A stretch of DNA of 64,000 bases. It comes from Candidatus Latescibacterota bacterium. Its GTDB lineage: Bacteria > Latescibacterota > UBA2968 > GCA-2709665. The notes below the pieces were generated by a model. That model was given only the letters and a program-made list of their open reading frames with translations. It did no database searches and was not told the DNA's origin. This document shows positions 1 through 10,828 of this stretch, piece by piece; the stretch's first letter is position 1, and each line of letters opens with the position of its first letter. The translations under genes and the position numbers were made by a program. Where the stretch lies: positions 26,779 to 90,778 of the forward strand of contig JAGWBX010000047.1 in NCBI GenBank assembly GCA_021295655.1. Reading direction: 5' to 3'.

Positions 1-354
1 CGCTGCGACCGGTCGTGCATCCGTAGCATTTCCGGACCCACCTCGTTCCACCGCCCGCTCTCAAGCCACAACTCCGCGGGCTGCACAATCGGCATCAGCA
101 GTTCCACGCAGTTAATCGCCGCCATCTCCTCGCGAAATATCGCCTCGATTTTCCGCGCGACCCGGAGTCCCAGCGGCAGCGCGCTGAAAATGCCCGCCGC
201 CAGGGGACGGATCAGCCCCGCCCGAAGGGCGAGTTGGTGGCTGACCAGCTCCGCGTCGGCCGGCGCTTCACGAAGCGTCTGCGTAAACAGGCTGCTATAC
301 CGCATCCAGACTCCTTTCAATGCCTTTCGATCATCACCACCCGCGCCGCGTATT

Positions 355-1173
355 CTAGAAACTGAAGAGCCTCAGGGCGGTGCGGCCCATGATCCAATCA
401 AGCTCGTTTTCGGACAGAAACGTCCAGCGGCGGGGCATCTTTACCGCCATCTCGCAGGTCTCATGAAGACTCACGGGGGGGAAATCGCTCCCCCACATCA
501 TCCTCTCGGCGCCGAACCGCTCCAGCGCCCGTTGGATGAACGGCGTCGCTTCGTCGTAGGGATACCCCTTCCCGAATCCGTAGAATCCCGAAAGCATGAA
601 GACGGTGTTTTCGTAGCTCGCGTATCCCATCAGGCGCTCGTAGGCCGGCTCGTCCGGGGTCTTCTCCACGTCCGGGAACCATCCCATATGTTCGATCCGA
701 AACATCGCGTTCGGATACCGCTGAATCCGTTCCTCCATCCGCGGACGAAGCATGCCAGCCATGCCTCCGCTCAGACTGGCCATGATACCGAGTTCGCCAA
801 CGGTGTCCCAGACCGCCTCATTATCGACAGAAGCCGGTATCCGCAGGCCCGCGAGACCGAACTCGGCCACTTCGCGCCGGATACGGTCGGCCGCGTCTGC
901 GGCGTCATAGTCCACCGCGCCCAGAGACGCGAACCGGCCCGGATAGCGGTTCATACAGTCTTTCAGATAGGCGTTATCGTGACATCCGCCGTACTGCACA
1001 AGCAGGGCTTTGTCGATTCCGGCTGAATCCATCTGCGCCAGCAACACTTCAACAGCGACGTACTTGGTCAACCCCACGTGCACATGGCCGTCGACAATGA
1101 TCATTCCGTCCCTCCTCGCCGGTTCATTAGAGATTCCCTCTGTCTGCCGCTCGTTGCGGCCGAAGACGTTCAT
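355..1173 (-). CDS. Amidohydrolase-family metal-dependent hydrolase (TIM barrel)
   Basis: 272-aa ORF with the N-terminal [10 protein letters not shown] metal-binding motif typical of amidohydrolase_2 proteins. Its ATG overlaps the upstream gene's stop as ATGA. Confidence 0.75.
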   Translation of the reverse strand: MNVFGRNERQTEGISNEPARRDGMIIVDGHVHVGLTKYVAVEVLLAQMDSAGIDKALLVQYGGCHDNAYLKDCMNRYPGRFASLGAVDYDAADAADRIRREVAEFGLAGLRIPASVDNEAVWDTVGELGIMASLSGGMAGMLRPRMEERIQRYPNAMFRIEHMGWFPDVEKTPDEPAYERLMGYASYENTVFMLSGFYGFGKGYPYDEATPFIQRALERFGAERMMWGSDFPPVSLHETCEMAVKMPRRWTFLSENELDWIMGRTALRLFSF

Positions 1174-1994
1174 CCAATCTCAACAACCAGCCCGTCCTCC
1201 GCCACGAGCACCTCGCCGCCGAAGACGCCCCTGATCTGTTCCGCCATCTGGTAGGGGGAGGATGGGTCTCCCGTAATGTCTTCAATCACCAGGTGTTTGA
1301 TCATAACGCGTTTCACCTCCGCCTTCCGCGCGATATCGGCAATATCCGCCGGCGTAATGTGCCAGGCGCCCCACGGCTGCGTCTCCAGGAATTCCGGCGT
1401 TCCGGAACACTCGATGGCGAGGAGGTCCGCGCCCTTGCAGAATGCCGGAAAGTCCTCATCGGGGGTGCCGTCTCCGGTTATGATGACCCGACGATCGCCC
1501 GCATCCACCCGGTAGGCCAGGGTCGGAATATTCCCGTGGTCGGTAAAAACGGCGGAAATCCGGTAGTCTTCCCGCTCCAGAAAACAGTGATTTCCATCCA
1601 CTTCGATCACCTCGGGATCGAGCGGATGAATGTCCTTTCCGTGACTCAGCCGGCTGCTGATGTCCTGTTGAAAGGGCGGCCGGATGATACGCTCCACGAA
1701 ATCCCGTGTACCATCGGGTCCATAGATTTTCAGTCGACGATTCCGCACCTTTACCCATCCTGCGAAAACCAGATAGGGCACATCCACAATGTGATCGAAA
1801 TGCAGATGCGTCAGAAACAAACGGTCGACCTCCTCGCAGCCCACACCCGCGCGCGCCAGATTCGTAGAGGCGCTCCGCCCGCAGTCGAACATCAACACCT
1901 CGCTGCCGATCCGGAGCATCTGCGCCGGGCCGCCCCGCCCCGGGTTGTCCCGGACCGCGCCGCTGCCCAGCATCACGAACGTCATTTCGGCCAT
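1170..1994 (-). CDS. MBL-fold metallo-hydrolase
   Basis: 274-aa ORF with the LTHLHFDHIVD (HxHxDH) metallo-beta-lactamase signature. It is translationally coupled to the downstream amidohydrolase. Confidence 0.8.
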   Translation of the reverse strand: MAEMTFVMLGSGAVRDNPGRGGPAQMLRIGSEVLMFDCGRSASTNLARAGVGCEEVDRLFLTHLHFDHIVDVPYLVFAGWVKVRNRRLKIYGPDGTRDFVERIIRPPFQQDISSRLSHGKDIHPLDPEVIEVDGNHCFLEREDYRISAVFTDHGNIPTLAYRVDAGDRRVIITGDGTPDEDFPAFCKGADLLAIECSGTPEFLETQPWGAWHITPADIADIARKAEVKRVMIKHLVIEDITGDPSSPYQMAEQIRGVFGGEVLVAEDGLVVEIG

Positions 1995-2147
1995 GTCTTC
2001 TGCTTTCTAACGAAAACAGGAACTTACATGGATGGACAGGATGAACAGGAAAAAGACACGAATGCCGTAAGTATGTTCACCTGGTACACAGGAAGCGACG
2101 GCCCCGCGAATGGAACGCAAACTGCCAGTTTGCGGCACGAAAACCGG

Positions 2148-3224
2148 TTAATCAGGCGTGCGGGGTTCATGTTGATACGCCTCCAGGGTCTTTTCCGCAA
2201 TTGACGCCCACGATAACGCCTTCGCCCGCTGAAACGCGCTTTCCGAGCAGGCCGACATGTCGCGCTCCCGGATTTCCTCCATGGCCCGCTCCAGACCATT
2301 TCTGTTACTTGCGTCGTATATGATCCCGGAGTTTTCGTCCAGCAGTTCCGGAAGGCAGCCGATGCCGGGGGCAATAACCGGCCGCGCGAAAGACATCGCC
2401 GTGATCGCCGAACCGGAAGTCAGCATATCCACGAAAGGCAGCACCATGACGTCTGCCGCGTTAAAGAAAAGCTGAAGCTCCTCGTCAGGGAAAAATTCGG
2501 CCGTATGCATAAGAATCCTTGGATCGCCGGCCTGCGCCCGGGCGACCACGTCCGCGCTGTATTCGCTGTTCACCTTGGCGGCGAGGAGCAATCTCAGATG
2601 TTCACCCTGCAGCCGTGAAAAAACCTCGAGCAGCCTCTCAACGCCCTTATACCGTTTCACGTTTCCGAAAAACAGATACACGAATCCGTCGGGGGCGATC
2701 CCCAATTCTCTCCTGGCGGCAACGCGCGATACCCTGTTCTCGTACACGTCTATGAAGTGGCCGTGTGGAACTGTAAATATGCCGTGTGTCCGGTGAAAGT
2801 GTTTCAACACCTGCACGCGTCCGTACTCGCAGTGCACGATCAGGGCCGTTGCAAGCTGCGTTATCGCGAGGCGCGCAAGGCGGTCCAGGCCCGGATGGGG
2901 GCGTTCGTGAGGATACAGGTTGTGGACGGTCCACACAACCCGGTATCCCAGGAACCGGGCAAGGGTCAGATGGCCGATGAGTTCCGCGCACTTCTTGACG
3001 CTCTGGCCGGCATCGTCCGTGTTGTACATATAGGAGGGCCAGTTCAGGTGCAAGACGTCCACGCGGCTCCGGTTTTCCATCAACCACGATTCGCTCAGAT
3101 CCTCGTCGTATCCGGCCTCCAGCGCCACCCCGATCCCCGCCATCGCCCGGGCGAGCAAGGGGCCGTAGGGGTTGTTCTTTTCGAAACCGAGCCCCGCCTT
3201 GCCCCAGTAGAATACCGCCCGCAT
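2148..3224 (-). CDS. Glycosyltransferase (GT1/GT4-like)
   Basis: 358-aa ORF. The C-terminal half has a GT-B like layout (FFGNVKRYKG..., PFVDMLTSGSAITAMSFARPVIAP, an E-x7-E like region). Confidence 0.65.
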   Translation of the reverse strand: MRAVFYWGKAGLGFEKNNPYGPLLARAMAGIGVALEAGYDEDLSESWLMENRSRVDVLHLNWPSYMYNTDDAGQSVKKCAELIGHLTLARFLGYRVVWTVHNLYPHERPHPGLDRLARLAITQLATALIVHCEYGRVQVLKHFHRTHGIFTVPHGHFIDVYENRVSRVAARRELGIAPDGFVYLFFGNVKRYKGVERLLEVFSRLQGEHLRLLLAAKVNSEYSADVVARAQAGDPRILMHTAEFFPDEELQLFFNAADVMVLPFVDMLTSGSAITAMSFARPVIAPGIGCLPELLDENSGIIYDASNRNGLERAMEEIRERDMSACSESAFQRAKALSWASIAEKTLEAYQHEPRTPD

Positions 3225-3286
3225 ACATGTCTCCCGGTGTCCTGTCCCGGAATTTGCAGCGTCGTTGAGAACCGGACGCCACGCCC

Positions 3287-5320
3287 CTACAACAACAGTC
3301 TCTTAACGGTCCGGCTCCACCGTTTCTGAAAGTACAGGTCTCCGTTCAAATATACGTTCAGTCCCAGGTTCATCACAAAACAATCCGCGTCGCTCGTGAG
3401 TGATCCGGTCGCTTCGGACCGCACTTCGCACCCCGGCCACGCCACCAACGCCGTCTTTTTCGAACGGGTCCAGGCCTCCGCGGGCGTTCGGTTGGACACC
3501 CCCATCTCGCCTTCGCCGCCGAACAGAACCAGGCGGTACCGGTCTTCCAGAACGTCGTGGACCACCTGCCAGGGCGTGTCGCCGGACCCGGTCGGCCTCG
3601 CGGCATGCGGTGACGGGAGGTACGAATATTCCGGATCGCGCCCCCCGTTCCAAACCGGCAATGTGATCTTCGACGGGAATGCCGGTCCCCAGTGAACCGT
3701 AATTTGACCCGACCGCGGCGTGGGCCATACGTTGGGGAAATCCGATCCGTTGATGCTGATCCCGATCCGGTGTCCCTTCGTGAATCTCCACGCCGTTGCT
3801 TCCATATGAAACGCGACCGGAGAAACTTCGCCCGGAGCCATGGGAACAGCCCGGTCCATTCCCTCCCGCCGGGTCGCGTTCAATATTCCCTTTGTCACGA
3901 GTACGCTGGTTCCGTCCGGCGCAATCTCCAATAGCCGGACGGCCACCGGGATCACCTCCGCGTCGGAACTGATACAGAGGCTGAACGCCGGCGTTCCCAG
4001 GATCGACATCGGCTCCGCAAGCGGCGGTGAAACAAAATTGATCGCCCGCGCCGAATCCTCCCGCTGGTCTCCCGGCAGCGTGAAGGGCGTCCCGCCGTCC
4101 CACAGTCCGCCGTGCCGGCATGCGGCCGGCAGATATGCTGCTGAAGCTGCGCCCACGTCTTCCGCCGGACCTCCCGCCACGTCTTCGCCGTGAAGAAAGA
4201 ACGTCTCCGGCGCCTGCCGGGGAAGGTCTTCTGCCATTCGCCATCCACCCGCTATCATGGTGCGATCCGTCACCGGTTCTTCATGTTCGCGCTGGTATAT
4301 CTGCACGGAAGGTTCTTCCGCAACGCCGTTGTCCATCTCCTTCAGCCAGCAGTCCCACCAGCGCAGCAATTCATAGAAGACGTCGATTCGGGGACCGCAG
4401 TGCGACTGGTCTCCGTACGAATGCGACCATGGCCCAATCAGAAGACGTCTGGGCGACCCAAGCGCCCGGTACACGCGCAACGGCGGCGTGGGGTACCCGT
4501 CGTGCCAGCCGCCAATCAACAGGGCCGCCGCGGAAATTCGATTGTAATGCCCGGAAATCGATCCCACCGCCCAATAGTCATCCTCCACCTGATGGGAAAT
4601 CCACTTCAGCAGATAGGGCTCGTTCTCCTCGAGCCGCTGTTGCCACAGTTCGCTCCACCGCTCGCCCACGGCTTCCCGGAACGGAGGCAGCCCGTTGCGG
4701 GCCACCATATTCAGACCGTAGGTCAACATGTCATAAAAGCCACGAAGGCAACCGCCCTTGTAGTGGCAGTCATCCGTGTATCTTCTGTCCGTAAAATAAG
4801 CCGGCGCGATCGCTTTCAGCGCAGGCGGCGCCATGGCGGCAACCTGCAGCGTCGTGAAACCGCTATAGGACGTACCCAGCATCCCCACCCGGCCGCTGCA
4901 CCACGGCTGATCCGCCAGCCAGGCGATGGCGTCGTATCCATCCCGCGTTTCCTCCACCATATACTCGTCCCTGCTCACCCCTTCCGAGTTTCCCGTCCCA
5001 CGTGCGTTCAAATAGACAAACGCGTACCCCCGCTCGGCGAAATAACGCGCAATGGGCGACGTGGATCCGTCCGAGCCCCCGCGGTACGGGTCGTACCACA
5101 CCAGCGCGGGAATCGCTTCATCGGCCAACGGCCGGGATATTGTCGCGCCCAGGGAGATTCCGTCACGCGTCAGGATGCGATATTGATTGCTCGTCTCGAA
5201 CCCGTAATCAGCCGCGGAACAGATTTGCCGCTTCGAGATGTCCACCGGTATTCCCTCACCTTTGTGTTGACAGGGCAATATGGATTGTTTACTTAAAAAC
5301 ACCGTGTATGAGTCTGTCAA
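3287..5320 (-). CDS. CocE/NonD family alpha/beta hydrolase (S15 X-Pro dipeptidyl-peptidase-like)
   Basis: 677-aa ORF with YDPYRGG, YLNARGTGNSEG and the nucleophile elbow GTSYSG, plus a long C-terminal beta-rich domain as in CocE/NonD proteins. Confidence 0.8.
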   Translation of the reverse strand: MTDSYTVFLSKQSILPCQHKGEGIPVDISKRQICSAADYGFETSNQYRILTRDGISLGATISRPLADEAIPALVWYDPYRGGSDGSTSPIARYFAERGYAFVYLNARGTGNSEGVSRDEYMVEETRDGYDAIAWLADQPWCSGRVGMLGTSYSGFTTLQVAAMAPPALKAIAPAYFTDRRYTDDCHYKGGCLRGFYDMLTYGLNMVARNGLPPFREAVGERWSELWQQRLEENEPYLLKWISHQVEDDYWAVGSISGHYNRISAAALLIGGWHDGYPTPPLRVYRALGSPRRLLIGPWSHSYGDQSHCGPRIDVFYELLRWWDCWLKEMDNGVAEEPSVQIYQREHEEPVTDRTMIAGGWRMAEDLPRQAPETFFLHGEDVAGGPAEDVGAASAAYLPAACRHGGLWDGGTPFTLPGDQREDSARAINFVSPPLAEPMSILGTPAFSLCISSDAEVIPVAVRLLEIAPDGTSVLVTKGILNATRREGMDRAVPMAPGEVSPVAFHMEATAWRFTKGHRIGISINGSDFPNVWPTPRSGQITVHWGPAFPSKITLPVWNGGRDPEYSYLPSPHAARPTGSGDTPWQVVHDVLEDRYRLVLFGGEGEMGVSNRTPAEAWTRSKKTALVAWPGCEVRSEATGSLTSDADCFVMNLGLNVYLNGDLYFQKRWSRTVKRLLL

Positions 5321-5473
5321 AGCAGTCAGAGCAAGTGTTAACAGAGATTACAATCGTTAACGCGCCTTCGTCAGTTCCAGCCGGGGCTTCGACAGGCCTG
5401 CTTCGGCGGTCAGGGCGTTACTTGCGGTATCCCGCGACGATTGATCCGCCGATCCGCTACAGTCGGGGAGACG

Positions 5474-7303
5474 ATGCGTTACAGGAGCATGCGCCACTGT
5501 GTCCAGGACCTGGAGAAAAACGGCCACCTCGTGCGGATCCGGGACGAAGTTGATCCGGACCTTGAAATGGCCGAGATTCACCGCCGCGTTTACCAGGCCC
5601 GCGGTCCGGCCCTTTTTTACGAAAACGTCAAGGGCAGCGCTTTTCCGGCCGTGTCGAACCTGTTCGGCACCCTGGAACGATCCCGCTTCATCTTCCGTTC
5701 CACGCTGAAGTGGGTGAGGCGTCTGATTGAAATCAAGGCCGACCCGCCGGCCTATCTGAAAGCGCCCTGGAAAGCCGCGGGCATCGCCAGCATTGCCCTG
5801 AACATCCCGCCCCGAAGGGTCACCTCCGGTCCCGTTCTTGGAGATACGACCACGATTGACCGGCTACCGCAGATCAAGTGCTGGCCGGACGACGGCGGCG
5901 CGTTCATCCTGCTCCCACAGGTCTACACCGAAGATCCTCTGAATCCCGGAATCCTCAGTTCCAACCTCGGGATGTACCGCATTCAAATGTCGGGCAATCA
6001 ATACGAGCCCGACAGAGCAGTCGGGCTGCATTACCAGATCCGGCGGGATATCGGCATCCACCATACGAATGCCATCGAGAGTGGCGAGCCCCTGCAGGTG
6101 AGCGTTTTCGTTGGCGGGCCGCCCGCGCACACGTTCGCCGCGGTTATGCCGCTTCCCGAAGGCCTGCCCGAAGTCGCATTCGCGGGCGGGCTGGCCGGCC
6201 GACGCTTCCGATATGCATCAAAAAACGGCTTCATGATATCCGCCGAAGCCGATTTCTGTATCACGGGGGAAGTCAACCCGGGCGAAACCCTTCCCGAAGG
6301 ACCCTTCGGCGACCACCTGGGATATTACAGCCTGGCGCACGAGTTTCCCGTGCTGCGCGTGGATACCGTCTATTGCCGCAAGGACGCTGTCTGGCCCTTC
6401 ACCGTTGTCGGCCGCCCGCCCCAGGAAGACACCGCCTTCGGCGAACTCATTCACGAATTGACGGGACCCATGGTCCCTGTGGAGCTTCCCGGCATGAAGG
6501 CCATCAACGCCGTAGACGCCGCCGGCGTTCACCCCCTGCTCCTGGCCATCGGGAGCGAGCGCTACGTTCCCTATCGCGAACGACAACCCCAGGAGATACT
6601 CACCATCGCCAACGCGCTGCTGGGGTTCGGCGCGTGCTCGCTCGCCAAGTATCTTTTAATCGTCGCGGGGGAAGATAATCCGGACCTGGACATTCACGAC
6701 ATTGCCGACTTTCTTCGCCATCTCCTCGAACGCGTGGATTGGACCCGCGACCTGCATTTTCAGACCCGCACGACCATTGATACCCTGGACTATTCCGGCA
6801 CCGGCCTGAACGAGGGTTCCAAGGTCGTGATCGCCGCGGCTGGCGCAAAAAAGCGGGATCTGCCTTCAAGAATCCCGGGCAATCTGATCCTGCCCGACGA
6901 ACTGAGGAATCCGAAGGTTGTGCTTCCGGGCATCCTCGCGGTTGAGGCGCCCCCCTTCAATGCTCCCACCGACGGAGAAGCGGCGCAGCGGCTGACCGCG
7001 GCCCTGGAGTCCGTGGAGAAGCTTCAGGGCTTTCCGTTGATTCTGCTTGTGGACGACGCCGACTTCACCGCGCGCACGCTGAACAATTTCCTCTGGGCTA
7101 CGTTTACCCGGTCCAATCCCTCGCATGATATCTACGGTATCGGGAGTTTCACCGAAAACAAACACTGGGGCTGTCACGGTCCCTTGATCATTGACGCCCG
7201 CTTGAAGCCCCACCATGCCCCGCCTCTGGTTGAAGACCCCCGAACCACACGGCAAGTCGATCGTCTGGGCGAGCGCAACGGTCCCCTGCACGGGATAATC
7301 TGA
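5474..7303 (+). CDS. UbiD-family (prenyl-FMN dependent) decarboxylase, long menaquinone-type form
   Basis: The N-terminus MRYRSMRHCVQDLEKNGHLVRIRDEVDPDLEMAEI is typical of UbiD proteins. The ORF opens at 5441; the internal ATG at 5474 is the preferred start. Confidence 0.85.
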   Translation: MRYRSMRHCVQDLEKNGHLVRIRDEVDPDLEMAEIHRRVYQARGPALFYENVKGSAFPAVSNLFGTLERSRFIFRSTLKWVRRLIEIKADPPAYLKAPWKAAGIASIALNIPPRRVTSGPVLGDTTTIDRLPQIKCWPDDGGAFILLPQVYTEDPLNPGILSSNLGMYRIQMSGNQYEPDRAVGLHYQIRRDIGIHHTNAIESGEPLQVSVFVGGPPAHTFAAVMPLPEGLPEVAFAGGLAGRRFRYASKNGFMISAEADFCITGEVNPGETLPEGPFGDHLGYYSLAHEFPVLRVDTVYCRKDAVWPFTVVGRPPQEDTAFGELIHELTGPMVPVELPGMKAINAVDAAGVHPLLLAIGSERYVPYRERQPQEILTIANALLGFGACSLAKYLLIVAGEDNPDLDIHDIADFLRHLLERVDWTRDLHFQTRTTIDTLDYSGTGLNEGSKVVIAAAGAKKRDLPSRIPGNLILPDELRNPKVVLPGILAVEAPPFNAPTDGEAAQRLTAALESVEKLQGFPLILLVDDADFTARTLNNFLWATFTRSNPSHDIYGIGSFTENKHWGCHGPLIIDARLKPHHAPPLVEDPRTTRQVDRLGERNGPLHGII

Positions 7304-7310
7304 AGGATTA

Positions 7311-8747
7311 TCAATACAAATCGTCGGCCGTCGTCACCGCACACCACCGTGCGGCGAACAATTCGTCGATCAACGCCTTCCGGGCCCTGGGCGTGCCAAT
7401 GCGCCTGAGCGCCAGCCCCGCATAAAACCGGTTGTAGCGATTTTCGTCCTCCAGCCCGTCAATCAGGTCATTCACCGCCGGGTCCCCTGCTTCTCCGACG
7501 TTACAAAGCACCAGCGCCGCATTTCGTCGAACGCGGTAGTCGGGGTCCTTTACCGCCGCGAATACTGCCGGCAGCACCTCCCCGGAATTTGCCCCGATCG
7601 AGCGCAACGCTTCCAGCGCATTGCGGCGGACCCACCAGTGATCGTCACCAACCTTCTCGACAAGGCTGAACATCGCGGCGTGCGCTGCCGGGCCCATCCG
7701 GCCAATCACGTCCGCCGCCATCGCGCGGACCCACCAGTGATCGTCTTCGAGCGCCTCCAGCAGCGCGTGTATGGCCGACGCGCCCATGGTTGACAGTGCG
7801 CGTGCAGCCGCTCCCGGCGTAGGATTGGTCCCATGCGCGTTGTCAGCCGTCTTTGCTGTTGTTTCCTCGAGGGCCGACAGCGTTTCCCTGCGCATCGCGT
7901 CCACGAGAAGCGGTATCGATGTTCTGTCGTTGGCCAGCGCATATGCCGTATTGATACGAACGCACTCGTCCTCGTCGAACAGGTCCTCTTCCTTCACGTC
8001 CGCGACCGCTTCCGAACCCCCGTTGACGGCCTCTCCCCGCATCCACCCCCAGACATCCCTGGAAACAGCCGGGTTGGCATCATCGTCCGGGGGCGTCCAG
8101 GCTTCTTCCCGGTGATTCCAGGCAGGACACAGCGGTTCCCGCAGTCGCGTAAACTGAAACTTCAGCATATAACGTTTGTTGGAGCTCACATTGGGCGTTG
8201 CCCGGTGCCAGGAGTCAAAATGCATCAACGTCACGATCCCTGCATCGCCGCAAATGGAATACCCCGGCTCGCGGGTCTCGTCCGGATTGGGATCTGAAAT
8301 GGTCTTATAGTTCTGCAGGCGCGGAATGACCCCTGAAGGCCCCATTTCTATTGTGGTATCCTGCGGATAATAGAAGGCCAGCACCCACTGAAAACGCGGG
8401 TGTCGGATATTGTGGTCGAAGACATAACAGTCCTTGTGCCAACTCTGCCCCCCGCTTCCCGGCGGATTCAGATGGCAGTGCCGGTGCGGATTCATGATAT
8501 AGTCGGGCCCGAGAAGGCTCGTCAACGCGCCGCGCACGACGGGCTGATCGAACACCTGCTGGATCCGGGGCACCCGAGGCAGAATATTGTTCCCGACGTT
8601 GCCTTCCTTTTCGAACACGGTTTCAATCTCGTCGTAGATCTTACCGTGCAAATCGGGGATTGCTTCCGTTTGTACGGTAATGAATCCATCCAGGATAAAG
8701 CGCTGGATCTGCTCATCCGTAAGAAGATGATTATTCTGCGTTGTCAT
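7311..8747 (-). CDS. Phytanoyl-CoA dioxygenase (PhyH)-like domain fused to C-terminal HEAT repeats
   Basis: The N-terminal ~250 aa look like a Fe(II)/2OG dioxygenase (HRHCHLNP..., WHKD, FDSWHRATPN). The C-terminal part has repeated DHWWVRxxAxxxxGxxG / DPDYRVRRNA HEAT (PBS-lyase type) motifs. Confidence 0.7.
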   Translation of the reverse strand: MTTQNNHLLTDEQIQRFILDGFITVQTEAIPDLHGKIYDEIETVFEKEGNVGNNILPRVPRIQQVFDQPVVRGALTSLLGPDYIMNPHRHCHLNPPGSGGQSWHKDCYVFDHNIRHPRFQWVLAFYYPQDTTIEMGPSGVIPRLQNYKTISDPNPDETREPGYSICGDAGIVTLMHFDSWHRATPNVSSNKRYMLKFQFTRLREPLCPAWNHREEAWTPPDDDANPAVSRDVWGWMRGEAVNGGSEAVADVKEEDLFDEDECVRINTAYALANDRTSIPLLVDAMRRETLSALEETTAKTADNAHGTNPTPGAAARALSTMGASAIHALLEALEDDHWWVRAMAADVIGRMGPAAHAAMFSLVEKVGDDHWWVRRNALEALRSIGANSGEVLPAVFAAVKDPDYRVRRNAALVLCNVGEAGDPAVNDLIDGLEDENRYNRFYAGLALRRIGTPRARKALIDELFAARWCAVTTADDLY

Positions 8748-10627
8748 TCAACCTCCTCGTACGACGGTAAGCCCCGCGTTTCGGAAAGCCCGCCCGCATG
8801 CATTCCCCGGGCCTGTCTGACGGCCGCCAGCACCTGATCAACCGTGTAAAAATCGCTTTTGAACACCTCCCGTCCATCCGGCGCATAGATGACCAGCAGC
8901 GGGATGGTCAACCGGCCGGTATCTCGCAGTTTCGCCTTGCCAACGGGGTTGTTGCCCGTTATATCCACCTTGACGGCGGCCACGTCGGGCGCCGCCAGCA
9001 ATTGCGCCACTTCTTGACTTTGCAGCACGTTATGCTCCAGCACTTTACAATTCAGGCACCACTCCGCGGTGAAATCCATCACCACAACCCGGTCTGCCTC
9101 CAGCGCCTCCTCGAACCGCGCGGGCGTGTAGTAAATCCAATCGATCGGCCCTTTATCCGTAAACCGGACGGCGCCCATTGCGGAGAAAACGACAAGCGCC
9201 GCGCCAAGAAGGCCGAAGACCGCACGCCGTCCGGTACGGGCGGTGATCCTAAGCGTTCCGTAGACCAGCCAGAAACCCGCGGCGGCGGCAAATGCCATTA
9301 CGGCCCACCAGTATTCCTTACCCGACGGATCAGGAGGTGTGACAACAAGCGCGCTAAGCCCGACGCCCACGAAATAGGCCGCCGCCGCCAGCATCAGCAG
9401 CCCCATCACCTGCTTGATCAATTCGCTGGCCGGGCCCGTGCGCGGCATCCGCTCCACCAGCGCAGGAAAGATCGAGAGCGCCATGTATGGCGCAGCCATC
9501 CCGGCGCCGATCGAGGCGAATGTCAGCAGCGTGGTTGCCGGATATTGTGTGGCCGCCCACGCCGCGGCCGCTCCCATGAAGGGCGCCGTACACGGTGTGG
9601 AAAGCACGGCCGTCATCATGCCGAAACCGAACGATCCCGCGAGGCTGTCCTGGCCGGGATTGAACCGGTATACCGCCTGCGGCAACCGGATGTAGAACAG
9701 ACCGCACATGCCTACCGCCATGGCGGCGATGACGATGCCGACGAGGATCGTAAACAAAGGATACTGAAACAACTGGTTGGTGGCCGTAAACCCGCTGACG
9801 CCGGCAATCATCGTACCCAGCGCCAGCCAGAAGGCGACCACACCCAGTGACATCGAGGCCCCAAGTACAAGACGCTGCGTCCGATTCTCCGACGCCTGCG
9901 CAAGTCCGATAATCTTGATGGGAATGACCGGAAGCACGCACGGCGTCAGATTCAGCAGCCCGCCGCCGAAGGCCGCCACAATCAGGAGCAGAACCAGCCC
10001 GCCGCCGGATGACGTATCGATAGAAAATGTCCAGCCGAACAGATCGAAGCGCACGCCGCCTGGCTCGGAAGCCGCGCCTGTCGCACTATACCCTTCGAAT
10101 AACGCTGAATTCAGGCTGTTTATGGATTGGCCGGCGTCCACAATCGGCAGCGACGCCTCCAGTTCGACCGTTTTCGGTATGAAACAAGTGTACGCGTCGC
10201 AAGCCTGGTACTCCACCTCGAGCTTAACCCGCTGAGGCCCCGGTTGCACCTCTTCCCCCACCTTGATGGGCAGGTAAAACACGGTTCGGCCCTCATATAC
10301 CAGGAGATCGCCATCGGCATAGTCGGCCTTTATCGGGTGCGGCTTCGGGAAGCGAACAGCTTCAAGGGTCAGACCGCTCGCCGCCTCAAGAATGCGGACG
10401 TCTGTCGGGTACGGTTCGAAATCGCCGACAGCCACCACCTGGGCCGGATCCGGGTTGATGTGAAATTCATCGTCGATATCCACCACGATGGCAAGCGCCA
10501 CGAGGTCGCCCGGACGCGCCGCGTCCGCAGGCCAGGCCGTGCTCACTTTGACTTTGTCCTGCGCGTGAGCCGGCGCCGCCGCGATGACAAACGCCACCGG
10601 CAGGATCCATTTATACAAGTCTCGCAT
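8744..10627 (-). CDS. DsbD-like thiol:disulfide interchange protein (protein-disulfide reductase)
   Basis: Signal peptide, an N-terminal DsbD-alpha-like domain, a polytopic core with the LTPCVLPVIP and STPCTAPF cysteine motifs, and a C-terminal thioredoxin fold with WCLNCK. Confidence 0.8.
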   Translation of the reverse strand: MRDLYKWILPVAFVIAAAPAHAQDKVKVSTAWPADAARPGDLVALAIVVDIDDEFHINPDPAQVVAVGDFEPYPTDVRILEAASGLTLEAVRFPKPHPIKADYADGDLLVYEGRTVFYLPIKVGEEVQPGPQRVKLEVEYQACDAYTCFIPKTVELEASLPIVDAGQSINSLNSALFEGYSATGAASEPGGVRFDLFGWTFSIDTSSGGGLVLLLIVAAFGGGLLNLTPCVLPVIPIKIIGLAQASENRTQRLVLGASMSLGVVAFWLALGTMIAGVSGFTATNQLFQYPLFTILVGIVIAAMAVGMCGLFYIRLPQAVYRFNPGQDSLAGSFGFGMMTAVLSTPCTAPFMGAAAAWAATQYPATTLLTFASIGAGMAAPYMALSIFPALVERMPRTGPASELIKQVMGLLMLAAAAYFVGVGLSALVVTPPDPSGKEYWWAVMAFAAAAGFWLVYGTLRITARTGRRAVFGLLGAALVVFSAMGAVRFTDKGPIDWIYYTPARFEEALEADRVVVMDFTAEWCLNCKVLEHNVLQSQEVAQLLAAPDVAAVKVDITGNNPVGKAKLRDTGRLTIPLLVIYAPDGREVFKSDFYTVDQVLAAVRQARGMHAGGLSETRGLPSYEEVE

Positions 10628-10828
10628 TGCAAGCGGCTCCTCAAAGGTACATCATTCCGAATACCTGCTCTTTCCCGTAAAGGAAGCGAAAAGACGTCGT
10701 GATGGCAACGCTTTTTTCTTTGGAAACAACGGGGACCGTTCTTAATTTAAGCCGCGAAATTCCCTTCCCGGCGACCATGTCGTGAAAGCCCGCTTTTCTG
10801 CTCTTAACCGCATTCGGGAATCCCTTCC

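Noticed and set aside
190-1026. 278-aa ORF on the plus strand
   Set aside because: It is antisense to the amidohydrolase gene, which has a metal-binding motif and translational coupling to its neighbour. The plus-strand translation is low complexity.
4190-5296. 368-aa plus-strand ORF, and other long ORFs within 3303-5553
   Set aside because: They overlap the CocE/NonD hydrolase gene on the opposite strand or in alternative frames. None shows motifs and all are Arg/Pro-rich.
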